DNA from: Octopus sinensis
Taxonomy: Eukaryota
DNA length: 64,000 bases
Assembly (NCBI RefSeq): GCF_006345805.1
Contig: NC_043004.1
Location: 36,456,001-36,520,000, forward strand
Direction of reading: 5' to 3'
Both the position numbers and the translations under genes were made by a program. Below, in pieces: positions 13,221 to 26,012 of the stretch. The number at the start of each line of letters is the position of its first letter. Position 1 is the stretch's first letter. The notes under the pieces were generated by a model. That model saw only the letters and a list, made by a program, of their open reading frames with translations, was not told the DNA's origin and did no database searches.

Positions 13221-14399
13221 TATAAATGTATATTATACGCATCCATATGTAGATGCATGCATACAACTTTACATAGATACATGTCTGTGTGTTTGCTTCG
13301 CGTTATAAAATTCAATATTTCACTATTCTAAATTCAAATCCTTTAGTATACAATTTGTAACAACTTATAAAGGCTGTCGTTACAAAAATTAAATATTTCA
13401 AGTCAGTCGAATATATGCGACAACCACGTTAGGCAGAGCTCCTTAAACGCATGAAACCCATTAATACTTAATGAATGCTCCTAATAATGGGAATATTAAG
13501 TATAGCACACTATTTAGCTTGGTCATTCATCTTATTGTATGCAACAACTACTAAAGCGGATTAGCACATTTTACATTAATCTAAATCAGAAGGGATTTTG
13601 CACAAACTGTTTTCCTTAAGATAAACGTTTTCTGTTTGTAAAGTTTAGTTTTCTAAATGATAAATCTAAAAATGTGTTTTTACAACATCAATAATCAATT
13701 AGATAAATGGCCGACATATTCCATAACACGAGTTTTATCGTAAAATTTATATTCACTAAATAATAATTTATATTTACTTATGGTTTTTACTGCAAGTATT
13801 TTTTCAGATTATTTCTCAGGACTGCTAGGAATCGGTTGAATCAATTTATTTTAGAAGTAGTTTTGCCTCCGCATTTATATTTTAGATTTCGCACGTTAAG
13901 AAATGGTTTTTAAAAAGGGTTTTCAATGACACAGAAACCAGTTTGCCAGCTAACGATAAAATTAATTTCAAATCTGGACGATAATTGAAGCCCTGCTTGT
14001 ATGAGTGACCAGGACAGCACTGGCTGCGCTTACATGATTGGCTTTTCTTGTTATATGATAATAACAAAAACTTTGGTGTCAGTGAATCTGTTGATATATT
14101 TGTGCGATAAGAGACAAAAAGAAAGAAAGCGAGAGGAGTGAACTTGAGAGTGAAAGACAGAAATATGAGAGAACATTTAAACAAAAACTGTCTCTTAATT
14201 AAGTGAATAAATAGGTTGTATATTTTTTATTAATCAAACGCAGCTGTGGTATTTACTGCTAGGCGTCAAAAGTCAAGGGAGATTGCTGATTGGTATTAAA
14301 ACAACCAACGAGGAGTTACAATGAGTTACAGACTTAAAATCTCTTCCAGCACCTATTATCATACAACAAAATATCCTTGTAATAACTCGAGGAGAACGA

Positions 14400-14680
14400 C
14401 AGAACGAGTCAGAGATATTATCAACAAAACTAGTGAAGTACCGTTTACTATTCTTAGAGAAACAGCAGCTTTGTGACTTTGTACCTCATCACAGGATAGA
14501 TTTCAGTTTGATTGGTGGCTACAAACCATACTCTGTCAACAAGGCCCTCGCTGCAGAATTGAATAAAGAATGGCACAAATGCATAAAGAAGAATGAAGCA
14601 CTCCAATAGAATTCATTAGAAGACATAACAGGGTTGTTGCATATCTTCATGGGAAGATGTGTAAGGAGGCAATGGGACTT
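14400..14680 (+). mobile_element. Highly decayed R4/Dong-like (REL-type) LINE fragment
   Basis: Translation contains RETAAL*LCTSSQD and CR...EFIRRHNRVVAYLHGKMCK, resembling the E.EG...AAQDQ and zinc-knuckle-adjacent RRHN.VA.YLHW.LC motifs of this group. Many stops. Confidence 0.45.
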
Positions 14681-15344
14681 TAGAAGAAAATAAATGGAAG
14701 TTATTCTTTGAGATACGAAAGTAGAAATGGAGATGAAAATCTGATCAGACTGAATTATAGCAGATTCGTATTATAAGAGAGAGAAAATCTGAGTAATAAA
14801 CAGACTGGATTATACGAGAGAGGAAGCGCGCGCGCGAGAGAGAGAGAACCTGCATTATAACATGTATTATAAGAGAAAGAACCAGAGAGAGAGAGAGACC
14901 GACATTCAGTTCTTGTGCACGAATAAATGACGTTTGTGCAAATGGCAACAATATCAAAATAAAAGGAGGTTTATAAACTTTTCAAATATAAATAGTTGAA
15001 GACTGCTACAGTGGTGGAATATGAACACAAGAATAGCTCCAGTCATTATAAAAGCGCTGGAATTTTGGGGGCATGGAACAAAAAAGAAAAAAAAAAGATT
15101 TGCCTGAAAGACCTTTCATAAGTTCAGAAAATGGCAACCTTATGCAGCGCACTTATTATACATAGAATATTATGAATAGACTCAGAACCGAAAGGTATTT
15201 CAAAACACTAATGATTCTGCCAAACAACAACTGTGATGACGATGATGATGATAAAGATAGCGCTACTAGATATATATATCTACACATATATACAGATGTG
15301 TGTGTACTTACATATTTTTATATATATTCCTACATATCGTTTAT

Positions 15345-15740
15345 CTTTGATCATTTACTTGTTTCAGTCCTTAGACTGTGGTCGGTTATGCTAGGGCAGA
15401 GCCTCGAATTTTTACTCGAAAGAATTGACCCCAGTACTAATTTTTCTTTAAAGCCGGGTACTTATTTTATCGGTCTCTTTGCCGAACCGCTAATTTACGA
15501 GGACGTAAACGCGCGCACACCAGCTGTCAAGCGGTGGTTGGAACTGACAAAGACACAAAGACACACGCGCACACATACGACGGGTTTCTTTCACTTTCTG
15601 TCTACCGAATCTACTCACAAGGCTTTTGTCAGCCTGAGGCTAGCTTAGAAGACACTTGCCCAAGGTGACACGCAGTGGGACTGAACTTGGAACCATGCGG
15701 TTACGAAGCAAACTTCTTACCACACACCACGTCTGCTCCT
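15345..15740 (-). mobile_element. tRNA-derived SINE, family B
   Basis: The reverse complement aligns by eye along the whole 5177-5580 copy (head GTGTGTGGTAAGAAGTTTGCTT..., ACCTTGGGCAAGTGTCTTC, tail GACTGAAACAAGTAAA). Confidence 0.9.
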
Positions 15741-16801
15741 CAGACATATAAATATACAGACACATACAAATATATGCATATACGTGTGTGTGTGTGTAAG
15801 AGATAGAGTGTGTGTGTGTGTGTATATACATATACATGCATCCACACATACACACATATACATGTATATGTAAATACACACACACATAAATACATACATA
15901 TGTTCACACACATGCATATATGCATTCATTCAGTATTTATTGACGTAAACAACATGGCCTGACCGCTGTCGCTATTAGCTTCAATGGCTACCCCCCATTT
16001 GGCGTAGCTGTTGCATAGACCAAGTATCGCCAACAATATTTATCTCATACTAAACATTAATCTTAATGAAATGAATACCTCCCCAAATAATTTGTTTGAC
16101 AACCATAGCACTAGTCGTTTCATCATAAATAATTAGAGGCTTTTATTTATTCATGCAATGCATGTTTTGGCTATTTCTTCTAAACGGGAAATTATAGAAG
16201 ACAGAAATCAAACAGAAGAGGGGGAAAAAAATACAACATTGACCATCATTATTCGAAAAAATGCTTTACTTCTTTCGTCTCCATCTTTCACTCCTACTTA
16301 ATTTCTTCCTTTTTAATCTCTTCCATTCACACACACTCCCTTTCACTCCCCCTCTCTCATTCTTTTCTCTCTCTCTCTCTTTTTATCGATATCCCTCACA
16401 CTATCCCTATTTTTCTCTCTTGATGTTTTTTTTTTCTTTCTTTGCCGCAAACAGTGGAAATAATTGTTTCTGTATGTCGTGCTATATAATTATCCGTTGA
16501 CATGTTACCTACGCATTTCTTACGGAAGTCTGCCTGGCTGCACAACCTAGAGCTCTCTGTATTTGCTTCTCTTTAAGAAATAAACTCTCTCTCTCTCTCC
16601 CATTTTCTCTCTCACGCGTACACATGCTTTCACACACAGACTTACACACACGTACATATGTATAGTTATTTTATGTGTGCGTGTGTATGTTATGTAAATA
16701 TATCCTTCGGGGGCCCTAACTCACGTGTCTTCTAACTAAACACCTTAGGGTATATTTACATCACATTTACATTATATATATGTATATACACACATTGATA
16801 T

Positions 16802-16841
<40 letters not shown>

Positions 16842-16984
16842 AAACATAAATATGTGTGTGTATGCGTATGTGTGCGTGCGTGTGTATTATGTAAATATGT
16901 TTTTCAGGTACGACTTCGCGTGTCTTCTAATAAAACAATTCACCTTTTGATGGACCCGTCCATATGAAATACGCACACATGTAT

Positions 16985-16997
16985 ATGCAAATAATGT

Positions 16998-17028
<31 letters not shown>

Positions 17029-17196
17029 GCATATAAATATGCATATATATATATATATATATGCATATAAATATATACATATGCATATAAATATATATAT
17101 ATGCATATAAATATATACATATGCATATAAATATATACATATGCATATAAATATATATATATATGCATAAATATATGCATATATATATATGCATAC

Positions 17197-17246
<50 letters not shown>

Positions 17247-17412
17247 GCATATATATATACACACATATATATATATATATATATGCATATAAATATATAT
17301 ATGCATATAAATATATATATATGCATATATATATATATGCATATATATATATATATATGTTTATATGCATATATATATGTGTGTGTGTGCTTGTATGCAT
17401 ATATATATATAT
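16985..17412. repeat. (AT)n array punctuated by ATGCAT / GCATATAAAT motifs
   Basis: Direct reading; repeated ATGCATATAAATATATA-like units. Confidence 0.9.
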
Positions 17413-18039
17413 AGGGCAAGAGGAGTGCAGATAGCACATAACTATTATGACGAGCCTTGATGAATCGCTTTTTTTTTTACTCTTTGTGTTGATTCCAATA
17501 GAAAATAAGCACGCTTTGTGGCATACGGGAAAAAAATAGTTTGATAGAAACGGTTGGAGGTTGAAAGGAAATAAAGCTTATATTTTCAACTTTCTTTTTT
17601 GATTGTGATTCAAATAATCATGAAAATACCATAAAATCGGTGCTTATCGCTCACACTACTGTAAGCCTTGATTATCAAGAGAATTAGAAGAGAATGTTGG
17701 ACATGGGCCAGCTAGAGAACGTTCGCAACTAAATAAATACGATACCTATGGGAGGAATATATGATATATGCATATGTTACCGCTGCCAAATATGCTCGAT
17801 AACCAAAATACAGCGACTCTATAATTGGTTATGAGTATTGCTACATGCGAAGGCAGATATTTTTGATGCTCGCTAATTATATTGCTCTTTCCATCGATTC
17901 AAATATATCTAGGCCACAATAAAAATAGAAACTTCGCTCTTCGTCTCATTAAAATGCTTCTTCTTCATATTTTAGACATAACGAAAACAACGTCTATGAT
18001 AGCAATAATAATGATAATTCTTTCTACTGTAGGGAGAAC

Positions 18040-19080
18040 GTCTGAATGTTTGTGGAAGGAGGCGAGTCCATTACATGGAACCCATAATTCAAATAGTACT
18101 TATTTGATCGACCCCGAAAGAATGAGAGATAAAGTCGACCTCGGCGGAATTCGAATGTAAAGGCGGATGAAATGCCGCTAATCATCTTGCTTGGTGTGCC
18201 AACGATTCTGTGAGCTCCCCACTTTAATAACCATAATAATAATAATAGTTTCAAATTTTGGCACAAGGACAGCAGTCTTGGGATGGGTACCAAGTAGATT
18301 ACATCGACACAAGTGCTCGACTGATACATATTTTATAGACCCCGAAAGAGAAGATGGAAGGCAAAGTCGACCTCGGCGGAATTTGAACTTAGAACGTAAT
18401 GCCTCGAAGAAGAAGAAGAAGAAGAATTTTTGTTATTGACACAAATCCGGCAGTTTCGAGAGAAATGCTTTGGTCGATACGTAAAATGTTGAAAGCAATG
18501 TCTGACGCTCTAATGATTATGCTCTTCCACCTTCATATAACAATCGTTTCTAATATAAGCACAAGGCCAGCAATTTTAGAAGAAAGGATAACTCGATTCA
18601 ATCAACCGCAGCATTACATAGCTTATTCTATTGACCTCACAGGCATGAGACACAAAGTTGTCTTCGGCAAGATTTGAACTCAACTTGTAAAGAGGAGGGA
18701 GATATACCACAAGACACTTTCCACCGATTCGGCCAATTTGGATCCCTTACACTAACAATTGTTTCAAGCGGGCAACAAACTCAATCTTTCGGTATGGCGG
18801 GGGGTGACTTGACTTCCCCCGGGGGGAACAGAAGGAAATTTTGCCTCAGCAGCAAATAGTTAGGAGCCGGATTAATTTATTACAGGTCCTCTAATAATTC
18901 TTCCAAATCGTCCTTCTAATAATAATAAACCCTTTCTATTATATGCACAAAGCCTGAACATTTGTAGGAGAGGGCTAGTCCATTATACTGACCCCAGTGT
19001 TGATCTGATACTTATTTTATCGAGCCCGAACAGATGAAAAGCAAAGTTGGCCTTGGCTGGATTTGAATTCAGAACGAAAG
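18040..19080 (-). mobile_element. Cluster of four degraded SINE family A copies in the same orientation (about 18040-18222, 18246-18530, 18543-18750, 18925-19080)
   Basis: Each contains a variant of ATCGACCCCGAAAGGATGAAAGGCAAAGTCGACCTCGGCGGAATTTGAACTC, as in the better copies at 45.8, 48.3 and 63.8 kb. Confidence 0.8.
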
Positions 19081-22028
19081 AATCTCATAAGGAGCATTGC
19101 ATTTTCCCCAAGAACTTACAACAACGTGTAGGGGATAAAATTTACATTAAATTGAAAGATCTGACAAGAACATCATAATATACACTGAGGTATATCGATA
19201 TTTGGTTATGTAAACACAGATAAATTCCGCAAAAACAAATATAAAAGGTAAATAGAGAGGGAGACGGGGAGAGAAAGAGATTCATAGACACAAGATGATA
19301 TGTAGTACAGGAAATAGGAACAACCCACACACACTGGGTTAAGAAAGCGCAACTAGGGTTAGATGAGACTCACAAATTTAGACAGCTTCTACCCAGTGTA
19401 CTTTGTACGATCACAAAAGCTCCACCAAAAAATCTGGTCTCCGAATGTTTAGGAACCGCTTCCTTCTGGAGGTGTGGTGTATCTTTTCCTTGACTTATGT
19501 TTTTATCGGCAGTCTATCCGAGGCCATTGATCTCTTCATTTTGTATATTATTTTCAGTTTCTTCTTTCGGAAATGTCTTGAAATTGTTCATCAGTTCCTT
19601 GTTGGCTATTTGAAGAACTATGAATTTCATGTTTTCTCGAGATGTGTTCTTTATTCCATGTCTTACAGATGTTTGACGGGAAGGCACTTTTCTTTTTTCT
19701 TTTTCTCACTGTCTCCAGTAGTTTAGCACTTCTGTCACACACACACACAAATCTCTTTCTCATCGTCTTGCCATGATAAACTGATGTAGCTGACTACAGC
19801 TGAGCGAGATCCTTGGATTTCAATTTTGGACACTGAGAACAGGGTGTTTTTCTGTTTTTGCTATACTCGAAGTTACACACGGTGGTGTGCCACTGAGGAC
19901 TTTTTGGAAAGAGAAGCTTCTCGAATATATTTGCTGTTTGAACTAAGCTACCCCACTTCCTCCGCTTTTTATAGCTCCTTTCGGGGAAATGCCCTCCACT
20001 GGCTTTTACCGTCATACATATGAAAGCTGGGCCCTGTAATACCAGTTTTATAGCCTTTCTCTTTACAGTAACAATGGGCACAGTTTCGAGACGCCTCTGT
20101 AATCTTCTGATTTCGTCAGAATCTATAGGAAGAACTCCAGCCGACAACACACCATTGTTAACACTCGGTGCATTGGGCCACAAAGGTGACTGCTTAATAT
20201 TTTTTCTTTGAATTTCTTGTGTGTAAACACATCTATTGTATCACTAAATTATAGGCAAGCGTCTGAAGCACAAATTTTGCTTGTTTGTTTTTTAAAGTTT
20301 TGCTTTCTTCTGATAAATTATTAGTATTTCTATCATTTCTCTGTATCACAGGTTTTGTACTATTAATTATTTATTATTATTATTATCATTATTATTATTA
20401 TTTCAATATAAATAAAATTGACTCTGGATTTAGTACTCTCCATAGACATGAGCACTAAGCAAACTCCTCTGGTTATTATTGTCAAGGATTACTATCTGAA
20501 GTGCCTCTTCAGCGAACTATCTATCCTCCCCCATCACTACCACCCTCATTACGACATACGATAGTCTAGCTCTGAAAGAGAGAAAGTATTAATATATCGA
20601 CGCCTAAAAGTAGATAATCGGATGTGGGACGGAGAAAGAATCCCTGAAACAATAGGTAGAGTCGGAGTGCTTTAAAAACATATGCATTTGTGGCAATGCA
20701 GTGAAAATATGAAATAATAATAATAATAAACGACGACGACGATGAAGTTGATGATGATGATAGTGATGGTGATGAGGAGGATGAGGATGATGGTGATGAT
20801 GAAAACAGCAACATCAACTAAAATAGTAACAAAAAATGATTTTTATATATTGATTAAAGTCTATTTTTGAGTTGAACAATTTAAGTTAGTGAAGGAAAGG
20901 CGAAAACAATTTTAATGATTCGATTCTCGGTTTGTTGACCTGTATGTTTCGGCACGGTTGAATGGTTATTGATTAAAGCTAGACTCAATTAGAAACAAAA
21001 GTACATTGTAGCACTGAAGCGAGGCAGATAAATGATAAAATAATTCTACTGAATACCAGATCAATGATGACAGGAAATGGTAGAGAACACTGGTGTTAGG
21101 GATAATGCTACATCACAATCAACTTTCATTAATTTCTAAACGTATTTACCTTTGCTTCTACGGGAATTCTTCAACTGAGACATGAGTTTTCATAGATCTT
21201 TTTTTCTTTTTACCGCAGTTATCTTTCTGAGGTTCATTTTCATAAGCAAAAGGTGACGATTTTCTTCATCCTTTCCATGTAGAGTATTTAATTCCGTTGT
21301 GGTTACAATAAATCTTTTTTTTCCTGGGCAAGTCACCAGTGGATCATAGCGACTTTTCTCAAAATTTCTTGTTTATAATCCCACGAGTCAAATAAACTAA
21401 GTCCTGTAGAATACACATTCAAACAGAGGAGACCGAAGGAAATTCTAAATGATAATGTTCTGGGTTGAATGGTTAGTTAGGGGTTTATAGTGGACACGCT
21501 ATGGACAACGAAAGATGTAGAAGCGACTGAGACAAAATCACTTGGGTGGACATGATATGGGAGCAGCAAACTCTCGAGTGTAGAAGCTAATTACGGTAGA
21601 AAAGACAAAAACATGAAACATCTTATCTGTACCCAAGAAGCTGAAATGTTCTTGCAAGTAACTCTCTGATAATTAGTCGTGTGGGTCCTCCTTGGATCCT
21701 CGTGGCGTAGGGTGTCTCTGTGTGTAGCAACAACATCGCCTTAGGTGGGAGAGCAGTGCTCCATTCTGAATCGCCCTTGAACAAATTTTGAAATTGTTTA
21801 CCGCTCAGATATTTTCTGGTCAGAGAAAGGCCGGCTTTTAAGATGCAATCCTTGCTATCTTCTAAATGTCCCGTTGCCAGAAGAGGATCCTATCATGTGA
21901 TATAATCGTTGTCGTTCTAGTTTAGAGATGTTCATGTTTAAAGAGGAGAAAATGCCTTAATACTGTCATCATCCATACAGTGATTACGTTTGTTTTGCTG
22001 TTACAAGCAACGCCAGTGGAGGGTATTT

Positions 22029-22330
22029 TCAACATATTTGATCAGAGAACGAATACATATTTGACAGGAGGAGTCTAGTTAATGCTTGGATGTGGAAGTT
22101 TAGAGAAGAATGGAGAGTAGTAGTACCTGTATTAGAGAAGACGTTGTTTAAGATGAAAGGAAATATGTCTTTGCTGTATAAGAGGAAGACTGTGAAGAGA
22201 AAATATGTAACTGATGAACAATAGACTTGATAGAGAGTGAGTATCGGAAAGAGATCGTTCATCGCCTGCAGCGTAAGTGCGATCTAACAGGAAGGCAAAA
22301 ATCCACGAGTGAAGGAGCAAAGACCATCGT
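22029..22330 (-). mobile_element. Decayed LINE RT fragment
   Basis: Minus-strand LLHSWIFAFLLDRT (WI.SFL.DR motif), MNDLFP (FINDL motif) and TTLHSSLNF, all RT-like but with deletions. Confidence 0.5.
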
Positions 22331-23258
22331 GGATACAGTTTTGATATGCGATTAAAGTGCGAGAACGATATATTTATGTTAAGGGCAACTTAAATATATC
22401 TTGACAAAGAAAATTCAGGAGCTCCAGCGTAAGTGGCTTTACGAAAACACAGGCTTTAAAAAAGGAGAATTACAATGAACCACTTGCAGTGGATTTTAAT
22501 TGCCATATTACCCTATTAATGTAAACTTAGTCCTTCTTCGCTCAGTATATGCTATACCAAGAAGTAGAGTCTATAACATGAGGAACAAATACCCCCTTGC
22601 ATCCAATATAGGGAGGTTTGCTATTTAAACGTTTATTCGCTGAGCCAAGGATAAATGCCCGTTGTGTAAGAAACTATGGCAAGGATTTGACAATGTATCT
22701 AGTGATATTCACAGAAAAAAAACATTCAGATGGATATAAATCAGACATGATAGTTACTCTGAAATAAATCGGTTTATATAATGTAAGAATAATTTCAAAA
22801 ACTAGGCCATAAAAAGACTTTGTTCCTGAAATAAATAAATACAATTAAGTACTTATAAAAGAGAAATATAAAAAAAGCAAAGTTATTTTATTTACCTCAT
22901 CTTTTTCATCTATTTCATTCAACATGACAATAGTAGAAGAATTGTGGTCGTATATTAGGCGCCAGAAGTCTACAACTGTGTTAGGGAGTGTCATCTGAGT
23001 GACGATGAAGGCATCTCGCTTCTTGTAACTCTAAAAATATATTGGAACAAAACGACATTGATATGTTTTCAGAAGGAAAAAAAAAAAAGAAACAATATGT
23101 TGAAATATGAAGAAACGAAATTAAAAAGAAAATATATATATATATTTATGTACTTTGAAATGCAAAACAGAATTTGTTGAAGTTAGATGCTTTAAAAAAT
23201 GGTAGAATGTTGAAAATAAATAACAGAAATGCATATAAAGAGATCATTAAATTTTAAA

Positions 23259-23575
23259 TGGCACTCCGTCGGTTACGACGGCGAGTGTACCAGTTGATTC
23301 GATCAATGGAACAGCCTGCTTCAGAGATGAACGTGTTAGTGGCTGAGCACTCCACAGACACGTGTACCCTTAAAGTAGTTCTCAGAGTTATTCAGTATTA
23401 CTCAGAATGTGACAAGGCTGGCCCTTTGAATTACAGGTAAAACTCATTTCTGCCAGGTGAATGGACAGGAGCAACGTAAAATGCTTTGCTCAAGAAGACA
23501 ACGCGTTTCTGGGAATCGATCTCGCAATCATAAGGTCGTGAACTGAATACCACAACCACTAAGCTATGCATCTTC
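23259..23575 (-). mobile_element. tRNA-derived SINE, family C
   Basis: Minus strand: A-box-like TAGCTTAGTGG, B-box-like GAGATCGATTCC, central GTCTTCTTGAGCAAAGCATT domain, body GGGCCAGCCTTGTCAC...GGGTACACGTGTCTGTGGAGTGCTCAGCCAC, tail CGTCGTAACCGACGGAGTGCCA. Confidence 0.8.
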
Positions 23576-24235
23576 CCAAGTAGGTCACAACTATAATTAA
23601 ATCTTCCGTCGATTCACCAAAAATTTCAAAACAAGTTATAAAGGAAAGAGTAAACTAGAGCTGCAGTATTAGTACTCTCTTAAAAAGTGTTAGAGGGTTG
23701 TCTACGTACAAACTGTGGAGATGTGAGATTTTGCTTTCCATGCCGCAGCCAATTGCCTGTTATTATCTGAAGTTAGGGGAAACCCTTATTTCTGTAAAGG
23801 AGGCTGAAGTAGCATGAAATAAACGTTTCTTTTTAATAAAACGCGCCGCTATTCCACGAACCAAGCCCGGTCGTGACCCTTAATATGCTTCCTCTTTCAT
23901 ACACACATATGTGTCTGTAATTTTGCGTGTGTATGTATATATATAACATGTAATTTAGATTCAGTTGAATTGGGTACTTAAATTGAGCCACCTTTTTAGG
24001 ACGAACTAATTTGCACACTCAGATGATATTAGGTGATTATCAAACTCTGCACAGAATTTTTTCCACCCGATATTCATGCAGTGTATGCAGATGGCACGAT
24101 CCAACTCAGTGAATAAATCTGCTCTTGTTTGTTCAGACATGTACTTTACATAAAGAAACTTTCCAAATACGTCCGAAGAGCAGATGCCAGGGTAGGTGAA
24201 TAAAATATGAGTAACAAAGATGTATAAGTTTCAAT

Positions 24236-24319
24236 TCATTACGGCCGTTTCGAGCGACTCCTTTAATAGATTAATGAAAGCATTACATCATTATAAAGAA
24301 AACCGTTCTCATCAGATGA
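24236..24319 (-). ncRNA. Type I hammerhead ribozyme motif, canonical core (left arm)
   Basis: Exact reverse complement of the 24488-24571 motif. Confidence 0.85.
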
Positions 24320-24487
24320 TTGCATAGAGCTCACTCATAAAGGACAAGTTAGATATTGAAATATATTCATATCTTCAATAGAGAGCAAATGTTTACAATG
24401 ATTTCGCTGCTAAATTTTCTTTGGTAGAATGAAAAAAGGACAGTACAGCGACAGAAAACTTGTCCTTTATGCTTGAGGTCTATGCGG

Positions 24488-24571
24488 TCATCTGATGAGA
24501 ACGGTTTTCTTTATAATGATGTAATGCTTTCATTAATCTATTAAAGGAGTCGCTCGAAACGGCCGTAATGA
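24488..24571 (+). ncRNA. Type I hammerhead ribozyme motif, canonical core (right arm)
   Basis: Stem I TCAT/ATGA; CTGATGA at 24492-24498; 57-nt stem II hairpin closed by G24499-C24555 (includes CTTTA/TAAAG and TAATGA/TCATTA); GAAAC at 24556-24560; palindromic stem III ACGGCCGT; GUA triplet, predicted cut after 24567. Confidence 0.85.
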
Positions 24572-24598
24572 ATTGAAACTTATGCATCTTTGTTACTC

Positions 24599-24640
<42 letters not shown>

Positions 24641-25940
24641 ATATCAGTGTGCGTGTCTGTGATAGTTGTGTTTGGAGATACCATTATATGCGCCAGGGTT
24701 CCAAATCGTCCACAAATTACACCTAGTCCTGCTACACTGAATATTAGAAGGGATTGTTAAGGCGGGGATGTATTTTATTCTATGTTTGACTAATCAGGAG
24801 CAGTCTAATATGAATCAACAACATTAACAACATCAGCGACAATATCGTCACGAGCGCCTACATAGCTACTCTACTTGCTAGACTTAGTAGCTACATCTCT
24901 CTTAAATCACACCCTACCTTTTTCAAATGGGACACAGATAATGTAATATAAATAGAAAATGGAAGAATCACGTCTAAAATATTTTGATTATAGGACTTGT
25001 GTATCAGAGCTGGGCTTAAAAAACACCAAAATGTATCAACGAAAATAAAACATATGTGACGAAGCTGAAATGACAAAAGGAAACTTTGATACTTACGTTA
25101 AGGAACACTGCATTTATATAATCATTGCTCTCGTCAGCAGGCGTTGTTAGATACGGCCGACATCTGTTGGCTGGAACGAGAAAAAAGAATTTACCGATAA
25201 TTCCTCGTTAATCGAACAAAATACAGCAATGAGAAATTATGGTAATTTTCTGTCATAACCAGAAAAATACATTATTCGGAAAATAGAAACCAATGAGGAA
25301 GTCTCCGTCACATTGATGACCTATAGTACACATAAGTCAGCAATGAATGACACATTTTTAAGTGACATACAATGGATTTTAATAGAAAATCTCCTTGTAA
25401 TATCATGTTAGAAAAACTATATTCAAAATGGCATCATCGTAATTAACGTCACAAATCACAGAATTCCTAATAAAGGTAAGTTAGTATTAACTTGATGTTT
25501 TTTCTAAACCCCAGATGCTACAATTGTAGCATATGTTTCTGTCCAAACGGAGTTCAATTTCATAGCAGCTAAGAAAATGTTCGTCTATTTGCTCCGGTTA
25601 CTAAGATGAAAAAAATAAAGAAAGAGAAAATAAATAAAGTAGATAAAAGTAGTTAAAAAAATATAGGCAAGAGAATAACGTTCTCAACTCATTTTTTCCT
25701 GGGGGATATGGATGTTGGTCGGTACTTCCATGAAGGGACAGGTTTTTAGTTAAAATCGCAGGTAAATCCAGGCTCTCTCATATAATATATACATGCTATA
25801 ACGGAACCCTTACACGGATCCCGAGATCCAGCCTTAGCTGTGATCTTGGGACCTAATGGTTGACCAAATATAGCACTTACCCAGCGTGTCTATTCGTTTA
25901 GATCACAAGTAAACTAAAACCGTCATACCCTCTCTCTCTC

Positions 25941-26012
<72 letters not shown>

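Larger units (their letters stand above)
24207..24600. repeat. Inverted repeat: 144-bp arms (24207-24350 and 24457-24600), 106-bp spacer, probably an inverted pair of PLE pseudo-LTR fragments
   Basis: Arms compared base by base, 6 mismatches in 144. Each arm carries a hammerhead motif, and the right arm runs into (TA)n. Confidence 0.95.

Noticed and set aside
20080-20125. CTGACGA and GAAAC on the minus strand
   Set aside because: No stem II closure adjacent to the core and no valid triplet or stem I; chance match.
20715-20820. Acidic poly-D/E reading frame (similar trinucleotide mosaic at 59280-59700)
   Set aside because: Degenerate trinucleotide microsatellite bounded by stops, with no splice or start context.
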